This document shows positions 52,957 to 62,320 of a DNA stretch of 64,000 nucleotides, in pieces (position 1 is the stretch's first letter; each line of letters begins with the position of its first letter). The notes below the pieces were generated by a model, which worked only from the letters and a program-made list of their open reading frames with translations, searched no databases and was not told the origin of the DNA. Both the position numbers and the translations under genes were made by a program. Source of the DNA: Spirochaetia bacterium (GTDB taxonomy: Bacteria > Spirochaetota > Spirochaetia > DSM-16054 > Sediminispirochaetaceae); NCBI GenBank assembly GCA_034520965.1, contig JAXHMY010000009.1:128001-192000 (forward strand). Reading direction: 5' to 3'.

Positions 52957-53331
52957 ATGAGATTACGCTTGAAGTTTTTTGATTATATTGCAATTATATT
53001 TTCTCTACTGGTTACGCTGTCTATTGCGGTATATGTGTATGCCGGAAGCAACGGCCCCCTGCGGGTAAGAGTTCAGACTGAAGAGGGGACCTTTATGTAT
53101 TCCCTGGAGCAAGACCGCCGAATTGCCGCTGAGGGTCCCCTTGGTACCACCTACATTGAGGTTCACGATGGTCATGCGGCTGTAGTAGAGTCGCCTTGTC
53201 CGAACAAGCTGTGTATACAAGTTGGTGAACTTCATGAGCATGGAGACTGGAGTGCCTGCATGCCCAATAAAGTTTTTGTGCAAATAGAGGGCGGCAGCAG
53301 CGAATCTGAAGTTGATGTTACTACATATTAA
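52957..53331 (+). CDS. NusG domain II (DUF1312) protein
   Basis: N-terminal TM; GPLG, ESPCPNKLC, ACMPNKV. Confidence 0.85.
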   Translation: MRLRLKFFDYIAIIFSLLVTLSIAVYVYAGSNGPLRVRVQTEEGTFMYSLEQDRRIAAEGPLGTTYIEVHDGHAAVVESPCPNKLCIQVGELHEHGDWSACMPNKVFVQIEGGSSESEVDVTTY

Positions 53332-53358
53332 ACCCCTTCAAAAAGGAGCTTAGTCCCC

Positions 53359-54126
53359 ATGTTAAGAACGCTCTACAAATTTTTCAGTTCAATGAGACTG
53401 GCAATCGTACTGATTGTATACTTGATAGGCCTGATGGTGGTGGTTGGAATATGGGGGCCCGGAGCGCTTTCGCCCGGGGCGGCCGCATTTAGCAGTTCTG
53501 AACTTAACGGAGCGGCCTTAGGCAGTGAAGCGGGCCGGATAAGCATTATTGGCTCGCTTGTCCTGGTCGTGCTGCCGGTACTCTTGTTCGCCCTTAACCT
53601 AGGGGTATGTGCAGTATCCAGGATAGTCAAGCGTATAAAAACCGGCAGCTATTTCCGTCGCTTTGGATGGCTTTATACCGGGCCGGATCTGGTACATATC
53701 TCCATCTTACTGTTTTTACTCGGAGGATTGTTGAGCCATTACGGCCGAATAGACGGCGAGGTAAGGCTTCAGCCCGGGGAGATAGCGGCTCTAAACTCGG
53801 CCTATATGATTCGGCTGGAAGATTTTCGGATTGAGCATTACGAGAGCGGTCAGGTGAAACAGTACATCTCTTCGATCCAATTGCTGCGTCGCAGTTCCGA
53901 GGAACAGCAGGCTGAGGTTATAGACCAGGCTGATATTACAGTGAACAATCCGTATTCCCTGGGGCGATTGAAAATCTACCAGCGGAGTTATTATACTACC
54001 GGAGAGCTTGCCAGTGGGCTCCAGGCGGTGTATGATCCCGGTTATCCGGCCATTATTGCCGGAATTGTTTTCTTTTTTCTGGGATTATGCTTCATACTGG
54101 CACATAAAATCCGTACACACGTTTAG
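53359..54126 (+). CDS. resB: ResB/CcsB-like cytochrome c biogenesis protein (short)
   Basis: FFSSMRLAI, NL.VC, LVHISILL, DF.IE.Y, I.VN.P, IYQ.SY, SGLQ..YDPG. Confidence 0.75.
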   Translation: MLRTLYKFFSSMRLAIVLIVYLIGLMVVVGIWGPGALSPGAAAFSSSELNGAALGSEAGRISIIGSLVLVVLPVLLFALNLGVCAVSRIVKRIKTGSYFRRFGWLYTGPDLVHISILLFLLGGLLSHYGRIDGEVRLQPGEIAALNSAYMIRLEDFRIEHYESGQVKQYISSIQLLRRSSEEQQAEVIDQADITVNNPYSLGRLKIYQRSYYTTGELASGLQAVYDPGYPAIIAGIVFFFLGLCFILAHKIRTHV

Positions 54127-54140
54127 AGAGAGGCAACTAC

Positions 54141-54950
54141 ATGTTGGCAACTACCACCTTTGTGGTCACCGTAATTCTTATGGTTGACCAGATAATAAAG
54201 CTGTTTCGAAAGAGTGAGGTGAGCTACGAAGTAGAGCAAGTGCTCTTCCTGTTGGGAGGTTTACTACTGCTGCTTGATTTTGGGTATCGCTCGTACCTGC
54301 TTCGCTTTCCCGCGGTCACCAATACCTACGAGGCGCTGGTACTATTTGCCTCCGGGATTCTACTGCTGCTGTATTTTCTAAGTCGTAAAATTCCGTCCCA
54401 TCGAGGGGCTGGCCGGCAGCCTGAAACCCATACTTATATCTTGTTTGTGGGAACAGTTGTTGCGTTCGTCCTGCTGGCTTTAGCTTCCTCTCCGCTTATC
54501 CCGGACGATCTGGTTCCGCCGGTCCCGGCCCTGCAGTCTCATTGGCTGGTAATGCATGTGCTGCTTAGCTTTGCCGGAGAGGCCTTTTTTGTAATAGCCT
54601 TTGCCGCTGCGTTGGTTTTTCTTTTTAGCTCTCAAGAGGAAAAACGGCGGCAGGCGGATCGTATTACCTATCTCTCGGTGACAGTTGGGTATTTCTTGTT
54701 TACAGTTGGGGCGCTGGTGTTCGGAATGATTTGGGCTGAGCAGGCCTGGGGAAGTTACTGGAGCTGGGACCCCAAGGAAACCTGGGCGCTGGTGACCTGG
54801 CTCACTTATACCCTCTACTTGCATCTTAGGTTTATTCGGGGAGCTCGCGGTAAGTTAACCGCCTTGGTGGCGGTGATCGGATTTATTTTAACTATGTTTA
54901 CTTTTTTAGGGGTAAACTACCTTATGAGCGGTTTGCATAGTTATGTATAA
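54141..54950 (+). CDS. ccsA: Cytochrome c biogenesis protein CcsA (System II)
   Basis: PALQSHWL.MHV, WAEQAWGSYWSWDPKETW, YLH, GLHSY. Confidence 0.93.
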   Translation: MLATTTFVVTVILMVDQIIKLFRKSEVSYEVEQVLFLLGGLLLLLDFGYRSYLLRFPAVTNTYEALVLFASGILLLLYFLSRKIPSHRGAGRQPETHTYILFVGTVVAFVLLALASSPLIPDDLVPPVPALQSHWLVMHVLLSFAGEAFFVIAFAAALVFLFSSQEEKRRQADRITYLSVTVGYFLFTVGALVFGMIWAEQAWGSYWSWDPKETWALVTWLTYTLYLHLRFIRGARGKLTALVAVIGFILTMFTFLGVNYLMSGLHSYV

Positions 54951-54978
54951 GACCATGCGCAGTAAGCTTTGCCTGCAA

Positions 54979-55045
54979 TTGACTTAAATGGAAACTGTTT
55001 ATATTCTAAATGTTGGAAGTCAGAAAGACTTCCAAAATTTAGAAT
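54979..55045 (+). promoter_or_regulatory. Sigma70-like promoter overlapped by a 43-bp palindrome
   Basis: TTGACT-N17-TATTCT; palindrome ATTCTAAAT-g-TTGGAAGTC-agaaa-GACTTCCAA-a-ATTTAGAAT at 55003-55045. Confidence 0.55.
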
Positions 55046-55070
55046 CGCTGAGGTATAAGGGTGGTAGTTT

Positions 55071-56363
55071 TTGACAGAGAATGAGCTATCGACAGAAAGT
55101 TCCTCTTCCGGTACTTGGAAAGTCCTCGTAGTAGATGATGAAGAAGAGGTGCATTTCCGTATAAAAAAGGTGTTGAGTGAACTTGTCTACATGGATCGCG
55201 AGGTTGTAGTTCTGGCAGCATACTCTGCGGAGGAATCCCTGGAACTACTCCGGCAGCATGATGATATTGCGGTTGCTCTTATCGACATCTTTGTAGATGA
55301 TGATGCGACTTCCGGATTAGCTTTGGTACAGAAGATCCGTAAGGAGCTTCACAATACACAGTTGAGGATTATTCTGAGAACCAAAATAGAAGGTGACCAG
55401 CCTCATGAAGAGTTGTTTGTTGAATACGATATCAATGATTATAAGGAGAAGGGCGAGCTTACTATAGAGAAGTTAAGAACCACTATTATCAATGCCTTTC
55501 GTTCTTACAACGACCTACAAAGAATAGTTGACCTGAATAATTCTTTAGAGAAAAAAGTCCAGGACCGTACCCGTGCACTTTCAGAGGCGAATCTGAAGCT
55601 GCGTACGTATATTTCACGGCTTGAAAATGATCAGGAGGCCGGCGGCAGAATGCAGCAGAAACTGCTGCCGGATACACAAAAAAGGTTTGGTGACTGCACC
55701 TTTGCCAGCCGTATCTATACGTCGATGTACCTAAGCGGCGATTTCCTGGACTACTTTGAGATAGATGCCGATCGAGTAGGTTTTTACATGGCCGACGTCT
55801 CGGGCCATGGAATTTCATCCGCTTTTATCACCGTTTTGTTGAAAAATTTTGTTGATACCCAGTTAGAGAACTACTGGAATGAGGGGGATTTGCTGATTAT
55901 GCGGCCCTATCTGCTGGTGAAAAAGCTGAACAGTGAACTCCTGCGTGAGAATTTCGGCAAATATCTAACCATTTTTTATGGAGTGCTGGATCAGAAACAA
56001 AACACCCTGCGATATACAAACTGCGGCCAATTTCCGTATCCCCTCCTGCGGGAAAATGGAAAGGTTAAACCCCTTGAACCGGCGGGAACCCCGGTAGGTC
56101 TGTTTGCCGAGCCTGAGTTTATAGAAGAAGAGATTCCAGTAAGCAAGGAGTCGGCGCTGCTAATAATTTCCGACGGAATTTTAGAGCTGCTTCCGCAAGC
56201 CTCGGTAAAGGAAAAACGTAACTTAATACGACATTTTTTCAGTTTTCCGGAGGTAGATCTGCAGGAGTTGACCGAGCAGCTGGGGCTTTCACGGCAGTAC
56301 AGTTTTCCCGATGATATTACTTTTCTCATGCTGAAGAGGAGTGCTGATGATGGATCGAGGTAG
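55071..56363 (+). CDS. Response regulator receiver fused to a PP2C/SpoIIE phosphatase
   Basis: VLVVDDE, ALID, coiled coil, LSGDF.D, ADVSGHG, ISDG, DDIT. Confidence 0.9.
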   Translation: MTENELSTESSSSGTWKVLVVDDEEEVHFRIKKVLSELVYMDREVVVLAAYSAEESLELLRQHDDIAVALIDIFVDDDATSGLALVQKIRKELHNTQLRIILRTKIEGDQPHEELFVEYDINDYKEKGELTIEKLRTTIINAFRSYNDLQRIVDLNNSLEKKVQDRTRALSEANLKLRTYISRLENDQEAGGRMQQKLLPDTQKRFGDCTFASRIYTSMYLSGDFLDYFEIDADRVGFYMADVSGHGISSAFITVLLKNFVDTQLENYWNEGDLLIMRPYLLVKKLNSELLRENFGKYLTIFYGVLDQKQNTLRYTNCGQFPYPLLRENGKVKPLEPAGTPVGLFAEPEFIEEEIPVSKESALLIISDGILELLPQASVKEKRNLIRHFFSFPEVDLQELTEQLGLSRQYSFPDDITFLMLKRSADDGSR

Positions 56364-56838
56364 ATATTTTTACGCTGAAAAAAATGATATTACCTATATC
56401 AAAATGGTAGGAAATTTAAAATACACTACAAGTTCCGGTTTTGATCGTTTTGTAGACGGGTTGATGGAACGGGGTTTTAAGAATGCAGTGATAGATCTCT
56501 CCGAGGCATCCTATATCGACAGCACGAACCTAGGGCTGATTGCTAAAATTGCCGGACGAGCCCGGCATAACTCGAATATGCATGTAAGCATCGTCTCCCC
56601 GAATGAGGATATTAACGAAATCCTGCACAGCGTCCGTTTTGATAAACTGTTTACGATTGTAGAAAAAATGGAAGGGGTTGAAGGGCTGGAAGAAATTCCG
56701 GATGAACAGCAGGATAAAAAAGACGACCTTCAGATGCTTATTAAAGCTCACAAGGCGCTAATGGATATCGACGAAGAAAACCGACCCCAATTCAAGGACG
56801 TTGTTGAGCTGCTGGAGAAGGAAGTAAAAGATTTTTAA
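56350..56838 (+). CDS. STAS-domain anti-sigma-factor antagonist
   Basis: IDLSEASYIDSTNLG; overlaps the phosphatase stop. Confidence 0.85.
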   Translation: MDRGRYFYAEKNDITYIKMVGNLKYTTSSGFDRFVDGLMERGFKNAVIDLSEASYIDSTNLGLIAKIAGRARHNSNMHVSIVSPNEDINEILHSVRFDKLFTIVEKMEGVEGLEEIPDEQQDKKDDLQMLIKAHKALMDIDEENRPQFKDVVELLEKEVKDF

Positions 56839-56839
56839 C

Positions 56840-56863
56840 GCTGCTTGTCCGCGGGCAAGCAGC
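56840..56863. terminator. Hairpin between convergent genes
   Basis: gctgcttgtcc/gggcaagcagc. Confidence 0.55.
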
Positions 56864-56892
56864 TTCCGACAATCGTCCCTATCGCACCTGCG

Positions 56893-57666
56893 CTATCCAC
56901 CTAGAAAGGCCGACTTATCCACAACTTCCCAGGCACGGCCAAAGGAACGAGTAAGCTCTGAGGCCAGCCATTTGTCGAAATCCGGCGAGCCGCGCATCCG
57001 CATAGGTGAATTAACTAGCTGCTGCTGCCCGTCTACTATCTCAGTGTATACTCCGGGCTTGTAGAGGTTCATCCTGGCTAAAACCACCCCTTTGCGGTAA
57101 TTGTGGTGTATGTAATGAAGCGTGCCGTCCTCTTCGACCGATACCACCATACCGGTATGGGTAAGGTAGTCGTTGGGCTGTCCATCTTTGTTCCGGTCGT
57201 AAGTGTTATCCCAAAAGATGATGTCCCCGGGTTTGGGGCGCCGGGTTTCGTAGAGCGCCCGGTTATCTTCTAGAAAACGGTACAACCTTGTAACCCCGTT
57301 ACCTCGGTATTGGGTCATGGGAGTTGCCAGATCTATGCCTGCATGCCAGTAAATCGCCAGCACCGTGCCAGTACAGTCGGCATTGAACCTGCGGCCGTTG
57401 ACGTTTAGCCGGGATCTCCCGTTGAGCGAGAGTGCGCCTTCAACCAGTTTTGCCTGGAGCCGCGAGAGCTCTTGGCCGTCGCCGGAGCCGCTCTTCTGCA
57501 GCTGTTCGGCTACACGCTTAGCATCCGGCCCACCGCCTCCGGCCATGCTCTGGCATCCCGACATCAGCAGAACTATTACTGCGATGCCCACCGGCAGCCA
57601 GAGCGTGAACCCACAGCATCTGGGACGGCTATGGGTTCTGCCGAACCCGGCTGAATTATTCGTCAT
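56893..57666 (-). CDS. NlpC/P60-CHAP-family lipoprotein
   Basis: Lipobox MSGC; ADCTG, PGDIIFW, THTGMV, IH. Confidence 0.8.
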   Translation of the reverse strand: MTNNSAGFGRTHSRPRCCGFTLWLPVGIAVIVLLMSGCQSMAGGGGPDAKRVAEQLQKSGSGDGQELSRLQAKLVEGALSLNGRSRLNVNGRRFNADCTGTVLAIYWHAGIDLATPMTQYRGNGVTRLYRFLEDNRALYETRRPKPGDIIFWDNTYDRNKDGQPNDYLTHTGMVVSVEEDGTLHYIHHNYRKGVVLARMNLYKPGVYTEIVDGQQQLVNSPMRMRGSPDFDKWLASELTRSFGRAWEVVDKSAFLGG

Positions 57667-58300
57667 ACCTGCCTCCTTGTGGGCCTTGCTTCTCTGAGCT
57701 TGCGTCCTCAGAGCCTTGAAAACCGGTAGCTATCATAAATACCTCAAAAGACTCTTTACGGCTGGATTTCGGCTTAAAGGGTTTCGCAGCTTTGAACAGT
57801 TTGCGCAGCTGCTGGAGTATCTGCTGCTCCTCCCCGCCCTGGAACAGTTTGATTACCAGGTTTCCGGAGGGTTTAAGCAGCTGCTCCGCCGCGGCGATAC
57901 ACTGCTCGGCCAGGCCGGCCGAACGGCTCGTGTCGACAGTGCGGTTACCGGTGGTAGCCGGTGCTGCATCACTAAGTATTACATTATAAGGGCCGCGCTC
58001 CCTGAGTTTATTCATAACTTCCGATGAAAACGCATCCCCCGTAAAAGTCTCGATATTATTGAATCCCCCGGGAATTGAACACTCCTTTAGGTCCACTGCA
58101 ACCACTCGGCCCTTGGGGCCTACTTGCTGCGAGGCGTACATGCTCCAGCTGCCGGGTGCGGCTCCAATGTCGAGCACCGAGCTGCCCCGAGGCAGTACCT
58201 GGTGCTTGTTCTGGATCTCTTCGAGTTTATAGACGGAGCGGGCCGGATACCCGGCCTTCTTAGCCTTATCGGTATAGTGATCAGCTTGGCTGCGTTTCAT
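57656..58300 (-). CDS. rlmE: 23S rRNA methyltransferase RlmE/FtsJ
   Basis: ARSVYKLEE, DIGAAPGSW, LSDAAP, K.FQG, KP.SSR.ES.E. Confidence 0.93.
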   Translation of the reverse strand: MKRSQADHYTDKAKKAGYPARSVYKLEEIQNKHQVLPRGSSVLDIGAAPGSWSMYASQQVGPKGRVVAVDLKECSIPGGFNNIETFTGDAFSSEVMNKLRERGPYNVILSDAAPATTGNRTVDTSRSAGLAEQCIAAAEQLLKPSGNLVIKLFQGGEEQQILQQLRKLFKAAKPFKPKSSRKESFEVFMIATGFQGSEDASSEKQGPQGGRYDE

Positions 58301-58399
58301 ACTAGCCTCCAGTATATAATATTGCTATCGGCGGCGAAAGACTTCTACATTTGGAATTCCTGTCTTGACCGCCTCGTAAAAACTTACTACCTTTTGACT

Positions 58400-59053
58400 A
58401 TGAAACAGTCACTACTACGTAAACCTTTTCGGTATTCCTACAATAATTTAGCTTTTGGAATAATTTTGGTCAATGTCCTCGTCTATATGCTGAACTACAT
58501 CAGTCCCCACAGCCGCTTTTATACGGCTCTTATCCCTGGGCTGATCCTGCAAGAGGGCTATATCTGGCAGTTTTTCACCTATATGTTTACCCACGCCGGG
58601 TTTTCTCACATTCTGTTTAACATGCTCGGTATATTCTTTTTTGGTGTGCAGGTAGAGCGGCGGATGGGCAGTCATGAGTTTCTGCTCTTCTATCTGACCA
58701 CGGGGGTGCTGGCCGGTATATTTTCTTTTATTGTGTACATCATGACCGGAATGTACGGGGTTATCCTGCTGGGTGCTTCGGGGGCCGTGTTTGCCGTGCT
58801 GCTGGCCTTTGCGGTCTATTTTCCCCACGCCAATATTTATATTTTCGGAATCCTCCCGGTCCGCGCGCCGGTGCTGGTAATCGGATATACCGCTATCGAG
58901 CTGTTTAACCAGGTCTTCAGCATGCAGAGCGGGGTTGCTCATCTGACGCACCTTGCCGGTTTTGCCTTTGCCTATCTGTACCTGGTAATTCGAATGGGAA
59001 TTAATCCGATGGATTCATTTACAAGCGGCAGAAGGGGAGGACGTTGGCGTTAA
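58400..59053 (+). CDS. Rhomboid intramembrane protease
   Basis: WQFFTYMFTH, HILFNM, GASG, AHLTHLAG. Confidence 0.9.
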   Translation: MKQSLLRKPFRYSYNNLAFGIILVNVLVYMLNYISPHSRFYTALIPGLILQEGYIWQFFTYMFTHAGFSHILFNMLGIFFFGVQVERRMGSHEFLLFYLTTGVLAGIFSFIVYIMTGMYGVILLGASGAVFAVLLAFAVYFPHANIYIFGILPVRAPVLVIGYTAIELFNQVFSMQSGVAHLTHLAGFAFAYLYLVIRMGINPMDSFTSGRRGGRWR

Positions 59054-59875
59054 CTGTCGCTCAAAAGCACCGACGTTCTACAGCCGTCGCTGTGTTCTTG
59101 TTAAGTACGGCGCTGCTGTTTCTGGGCCCTGCCCAACGCTCCGACCGACAGTCGTCAGCCCTACTGGCCTATCCGGGGGATGTAGACATAATCACCGCTG
59201 AGTTCTGGACCGAACTGGACCCGATCATGGAGGGTTCCCAGCCCCCGGTCCCCGGAGTTGAAGGCCGGCAGGACGAACAAGGCCGTAGCGAAGCCGGCGA
59301 TTCTCCGCCTCCTCCGGTAGCTCCCCTCACCGGCTCCGGAGTATTATCCCAGGACGAAGCAATCCGGCGTACCTTGGAAGAGGCGCGGCTGGTAATATCG
59401 GGTATGATCTACGGCTTTGATCTGCGTTATACTCCCTCCGACCGAGCCCGGAATGTGGCCGAAGAGCTGGTTATAGAACCGCGGGCTCGGATACCCGCCG
59501 GTGACCAGGCTCTGCGGGTTCTGCAGGTGCGGACCTCCGGGAACAAGTATTTTGTGCATATCCGTTATGATTTAGCCGAGCACCAGCAGCGGCGAATGCA
59601 AGCCTGGGACAGTAACACCCTCTCCTCAGCCGGCGGAAGGGGCACAGCGCCGCTTCAGCAGGGCTATCGCCGGCAAATTTGAATCCTTCAACCAGGCTAT
59701 CAAAAACGCCCTGCGGGAGTATCTGCGCCCCCGTTACAAAAACAAGCCCAGCCGCATTCAAGCGGTTGTGGCATTAAAAGAACCCCCCTACACCGTAATT
59801 GACGCAGGGGGGTACCATTCAAAGGTTCGTATAAAAATCGATGTGCGCGAGGTGCGGCCCTACAGCGCCTACTAG
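59044..59875 (+). CDS. Hypothetical exported protein, +1 frameshift at ~59665
   Basis: ISGMIYGF..RYTPSD.AR.V.E; continues IAGKFESFNQAIKNALREYLR...EVRPYSAY* in the next frame. Confidence 0.6.
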
Positions 59876-59921
59876 ATTAGCGCCTACTAGATTAGCAACG
59901 CGGTGTCGGCCTGGGGCCTTG

Positions 59922-61715
59922 TTATTTTTCTGGGCTCTCCTCGTCCTCTTTCGGCAAGTTGAGCTGTAGGTGCAGCATCTGCAGCTGATCTTCATCGACC
60001 GGCGAAGGGCTGTCGTCCATCGGCGAGGCTCCTACGTTGTTCTTCGGAAAGGCAATTACCTCTTTAATCGAATCCTCTTCGGCCATCACCATAATCAGGC
60101 GGTCGAGTCCGGGAGCAATTCCGCCGTGGGGAGGCGGTCCGTATTGAAAGGCCTTTAGCAAAAATCCAAAGCGTCGTTCCGCCTCTTCCTCTGAAAAACC
60201 TACGATATTAAAAATGCGTTTCTGGATCTCCGGGTCGTGAATTCTGATAGAACCGGAGGCCATCTCGTAGCCGTTACACACCAGGTCGTAGAGGTCGCCC
60301 TTCACCGCACCGGGGTCCTGCTCCATATTGTCCAGAAACTCTTCCTGGGGCATGGTAAACATATGGTGGGCGGCCTCCCAGTGCTGGTCATCTTCGTTCC
60401 ACTCAAACAGCGGAAAATTGTCTATCCAGCCGAAGCGGAAAGTTCCAGGTGTGGCCAGTCCAAGCTGCTTGCCCAGGCTGCTGCGGACTGCTCCCAGAGA
60501 GGTACAGGCGGTATTCCATTTGTCGGCTACCGCCAGAATCAGGTCCCCCGCCGAGGCTCCCAGGGAAGAGATGATCTCATCGCTTTGTTCGGCGAAGAAC
60601 TTGGCAACTCCCCCGTCCAGGCCCTGGTCGGTCACTTTCATCCAGGCCAGACCCTTGGCCCCGTACACCTTAGCGTCTTTTTCAAGCTGGTCGATCTGTT
60701 TACGGGAGTAGCCGGCACAACCCGGGGCTACCAGGGCTTTTACCGCTCCGCCGTTCTCCACTACCGACTTAAAGGCGTTAAAACCGCTGCCGGCGGCGAT
60801 CTTGTTGAAGTCTTGCATATGCAGCTCGTAGCGCAGATCCGGCTTGTCGCTGCCGTATAGGTTCATGGCCTCGTGGTAACTGATGCGCGGAAAAGGGGTC
60901 TCCAGCTCAATATTGAGGGTCTGCTGGAAGACATGCTTCAACATCCCCTCCACCACCTCAAAGACATCGTCCTTAGAGACAAAGCTCATCTCCATATCGA
61001 TTTGGCTGTGCTCCGGCTGACGGTCGCCCCGGGCATCTTCGTCACGAAAACAGTGGGCAATTTGAAAATAGCGGTCGAAACCGGATACCATCAACAGCTG
61101 TTTAAACAGCTGCGGGCTCTGGGGCAGGGCATAAAACTTACCGGGATGAATGCGTGAGGGAACCAGAAAGTCACGGGCCCCTTCCGGGGTAGAGCGGATC
61201 ATGCTTGGGGTTTCAATCTCCATGAAACCCCGGCCTTTCAAAAATTCGCGAACCGCAAAGGTTGCATCGGTGCGCAGCTTCATTTTTCGCTGCATACTGA
61301 ACGAACGCAGGTCTAAATAGCGGTACATGAGGCGCAGGTCCTCTTTTGCATCGGTACGTTCATCTATATTGAAGGGGAGTGGTTCACAACGGCTTAAAAT
61401 TTCGATGGCGGTGCCTTGCACTTCAATTGCACCTGTGGCCATCTCGGTGTTGACCATCTCCTCCGGCCGGGCACGGACAATTCCCTTGACTGCGATGCAG
61501 TACTCACGCTTTAAGTCGCGGGCAACTGATTTGAGCGCCTCAGGGGCATCTTCATCGATAACTACCTGGCTTATCCCGTAGCGGTCGCGCAGGCTCACAA
61601 AATGAATGCCTCCATGATCGCGTGTACGATGGACCCATCCATTCAGGACCACTTCTGCACCGGTCCTGGATTTTTCCAATTCTCCGCATGTTGCGGTTCT
61701 TTTCATCTTTTCCAT
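59922..61715 (-). CDS. aspS: Aspartate--tRNA ligase
   Basis: RDHGG, STPEGARDF, LPQSPQLFKQ, FRDED, PPHGGIAPGLDR. Confidence 0.97.
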   Translation of the reverse strand: MEKMKRTATCGELEKSRTGAEVVLNGWVHRTRDHGGIHFVSLRDRYGISQVVIDEDAPEALKSVARDLKREYCIAVKGIVRARPEEMVNTEMATGAIEVQGTAIEILSRCEPLPFNIDERTDAKEDLRLMYRYLDLRSFSMQRKMKLRTDATFAVREFLKGRGFMEIETPSMIRSTPEGARDFLVPSRIHPGKFYALPQSPQLFKQLLMVSGFDRYFQIAHCFRDEDARGDRQPEHSQIDMEMSFVSKDDVFEVVEGMLKHVFQQTLNIELETPFPRISYHEAMNLYGSDKPDLRYELHMQDFNKIAAGSGFNAFKSVVENGGAVKALVAPGCAGYSRKQIDQLEKDAKVYGAKGLAWMKVTDQGLDGGVAKFFAEQSDEIISSLGASAGDLILAVADKWNTACTSLGAVRSSLGKQLGLATPGTFRFGWIDNFPLFEWNEDDQHWEAAHHMFTMPQEEFLDNMEQDPGAVKGDLYDLVCNGYEMASGSIRIHDPEIQKRIFNIVGFSEEEAERRFGFLLKAFQYGPPPHGGIAPGLDRLIMVMAEEDSIKEVIAFPKNNVGASPMDDSPSPVDEDQLQMLHLQLNLPKEDEESPEK

Positions 61716-61788
61716 GAAAAAGACTTTAGCATTACTGATTATAACTGTGCAAGATGTCTATAAAGCCCTTGAAACTACTTCTCCCGGT

Positions 61789-62259
61789 TTAGTGCCGTCG
61801 GCGGGTGTAGCAGCGTGAACAACCGAGCACGTGGGCGTGGCGTCGCTCACTGGACTGAAAAAAGCGGGCATACAGCATTCCCCCCGTCGGCAGCGCCTGC
61901 TTACATACCGGACATATACGGGCCTTGCTGCGGCTTTTCAAGCCACTGGTTGCGTGTGAGGCGGAATAACAGTAGGGGCAGCCAAAAATCTCCATCATGC
62001 CGTCCGGTTTTCCTGGATACAGCACGCTTTTCACCTTCTCCTTCTTTTCCAGGACTGTTCCGCAGAGCGGGCAGCGATGAAAGCCCGGGCCGGGGGGCTT
62101 TTCCGTGGCTTCGGCTTCGGAGTATATGCGGGGGCCAAATTGCTCCCGGCTGTGGCTAGGGCGACGTGTACGCCGAGTGTGCAGCACTTGTCCCTTGACA
62201 CCCAGCACCAGCAGGATGGTTATGACGGCTCCGGTAAGAAATAGAACGACAATTTCGAT
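61789..62259 (-). CDS. Membrane-anchored protein with four CxxC motifs
   Basis: CPLC, CPYC, CPVC, CSRC; the frame extends through a TM helix to an ATC codon 7 nt after GGAG. Confidence 0.55.
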   Translation of the reverse strand: MEIVVLFLTGAVITILLVLGVKGQVLHTRRTRRPSHSREQFGPRIYSEAEATEKPPGPGFHRCPLCGTVLEKKEKVKSVLYPGKPDGMMEIFGCPYCYSASHATSGLKSRSKARICPVCKQALPTGGMLYARFFQSSERRHAHVLGCSRCYTRRRH

Positions 62260-62320
62260 GGTTGTTCTCCTTTTGGCTTAACCCATTGCTCTAAGCTATT
62301 GTACCGGGTACAATGAGCTT

